A stretch of DNA of 64,000 bases, taken from the NCBI GenBank assembly GCA_050273025.1, contig CP158635.1, positions 1,240,001 to 1,304,000 of the forward strand, in the 5' to 3' direction. Source of the DNA: Cenococcum geophilum (lineage: Eukaryota). The translations under genes were made by a program, and so were the position numbers. Positions 62,965 through 64,000 of this stretch are shown one piece after another (positions within the stretch are counted from its first letter, which is position 1; each line of letters starts with the position of its first letter). The notes beneath the pieces are model-generated. The model worked only from the letters and a program-made list of their open reading frames with translations, was not told the DNA's origin and did no database searches.

Positions 62965-64000
62965 ATAAGCTCTAAACGTACTGCTGCTGCCTTTATTAGT
63001 AGTCCCTCCGGCCGCCTACCTATATAATGATTTCGAATATCACTAATATAGCCTTCCTTATTAATCGCCTGCCTACCTACTTTAACATAGAGCTTAAGTA
63101 TAAGTATGGTGGTAACTCTCCCACCTATATACAGTAGCCAAATTAATACGTAGTTTAAGTATCCTTAGCCTATATACGAGGGCTTATATACGTTGTAATA
63201 GGCTGCCTTATTTGCTACGGGTAAGTTTAATAAGATCCTAAACGATCCGGCGGCTACTAAGGAGTATAATAATAAGGAAGTTTAATACTTTTACTACCTA
63301 CAAGATTATAATGTGGCGAGAGCTTCTATGCAGCTTTTGTAACTCTCGCAGCCTATAAATATAGGTCCCCTTATATTGCCAAATTAATTATATACTGAAA
63401 GGCATTTATTAGCAGAGGCCTTAACATCTAAATCTTTGGTAGAGAGGGAGGAGGAGCTAGCTCTAAGGCTTTAGATAGAATAGGAAGAGCAGCTAGTGAA
63501 GCCTTCTAAAGGAGGTTCCTTCTTTAAATATCGCCTCTTGGTAATAACTAAGATTAAGAAGCCAAATCACTTAAATGGTTTCTTAGCTTATACATTTCCT
63601 AGGGCTCGCCTTTGCCTCTTAGTTATATATAACCGAGAGGTTCTTTCTAAGGTTAATAGGGCTATATAGTAGAAGTACGCTGGCCGTACTTTTATAAGTA
63701 ATATGTGTAATAGTATTGTAAAGGTTCCTAGGCGGTTAAAAGGCTCCTCTAGAGCTACATTCTAATTTAATCCTAGCCGTATAATAGATGGCTTAATTCT
63801 AAGAGTAAGCTTATAAGGCTAGCGAGAGCCTATTACAATTGCCCTAGTAATGTAATTAAGAAGCTTAAAGTTAAACTTGGTCTTAAATATATTAAGACTA
63901 TAAGATAGCAAGCTCCTCGCCCCTCTAGTCGCTCTTCTATAATAACGTAATTAGCTTTACAATTAGCTCCAGAATCCTTACAGAGCTCTCTACCAGCTAC
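62965..64000 (+). pseudogene. RIP-degraded ORF of unknown function, runs off the window
   Basis: One frame from (M)SSKRTAAAF for more than 340 codons; all stops are TAA/TAG/TGA consistent with RIP. No recognisable domain. Confidence 0.5.

Overview
The window is a nested transposon graveyard from a filamentous ascomycete. Almost everything is mutated by repeat-induced point mutation (RIP): C>T/G>A changes, TpA-rich sequence, and CAA/CAG/TGG codons turned into stops. I see no intact host gene, RNA gene or CRISPR array. Terminal repeats and target-site duplications (TSDs) resolve the nesting. (1) A Helitron PIF1 helicase remnant (1-26060) is split by a Tc1 element (72-1644) and by Gypsy-1 (1747-25057). 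Gypsy-1 itself holds a 1-kb insert, two LINE fragments (one carrying a MITE), Copia-1 and Gypsy-2. (2) A hAT element lies at 28145-31234. (3) A 2.6-kb Tc1 is stretched to 32536-59617 by Copia-2 (carrying an Ngaro tyrosine-recombinase retroelement) and Gypsy-3 (carrying Copia-3). (4) The end has a third Tc1 with a MITE, a third LINE fragment and a RIP-degraded ORF of unknown function. The most notable observation is a palindromic CCAAT-flanked module shared, in both orientations, by the 3' non-coding regions of four unrelated retroelements (two Gypsy, one Copia, one Ngaro). Also notable: an antisense Zn2Cys6-like ORF in Gypsy-3, a Tc1 transposase with an in-frame ~330-aa disordered tail, and a T-shaped hairpin in unassigned DNA. 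Protein motifs are my manual readings, often after reversing RIP changes; pseudogene ends are approximate.
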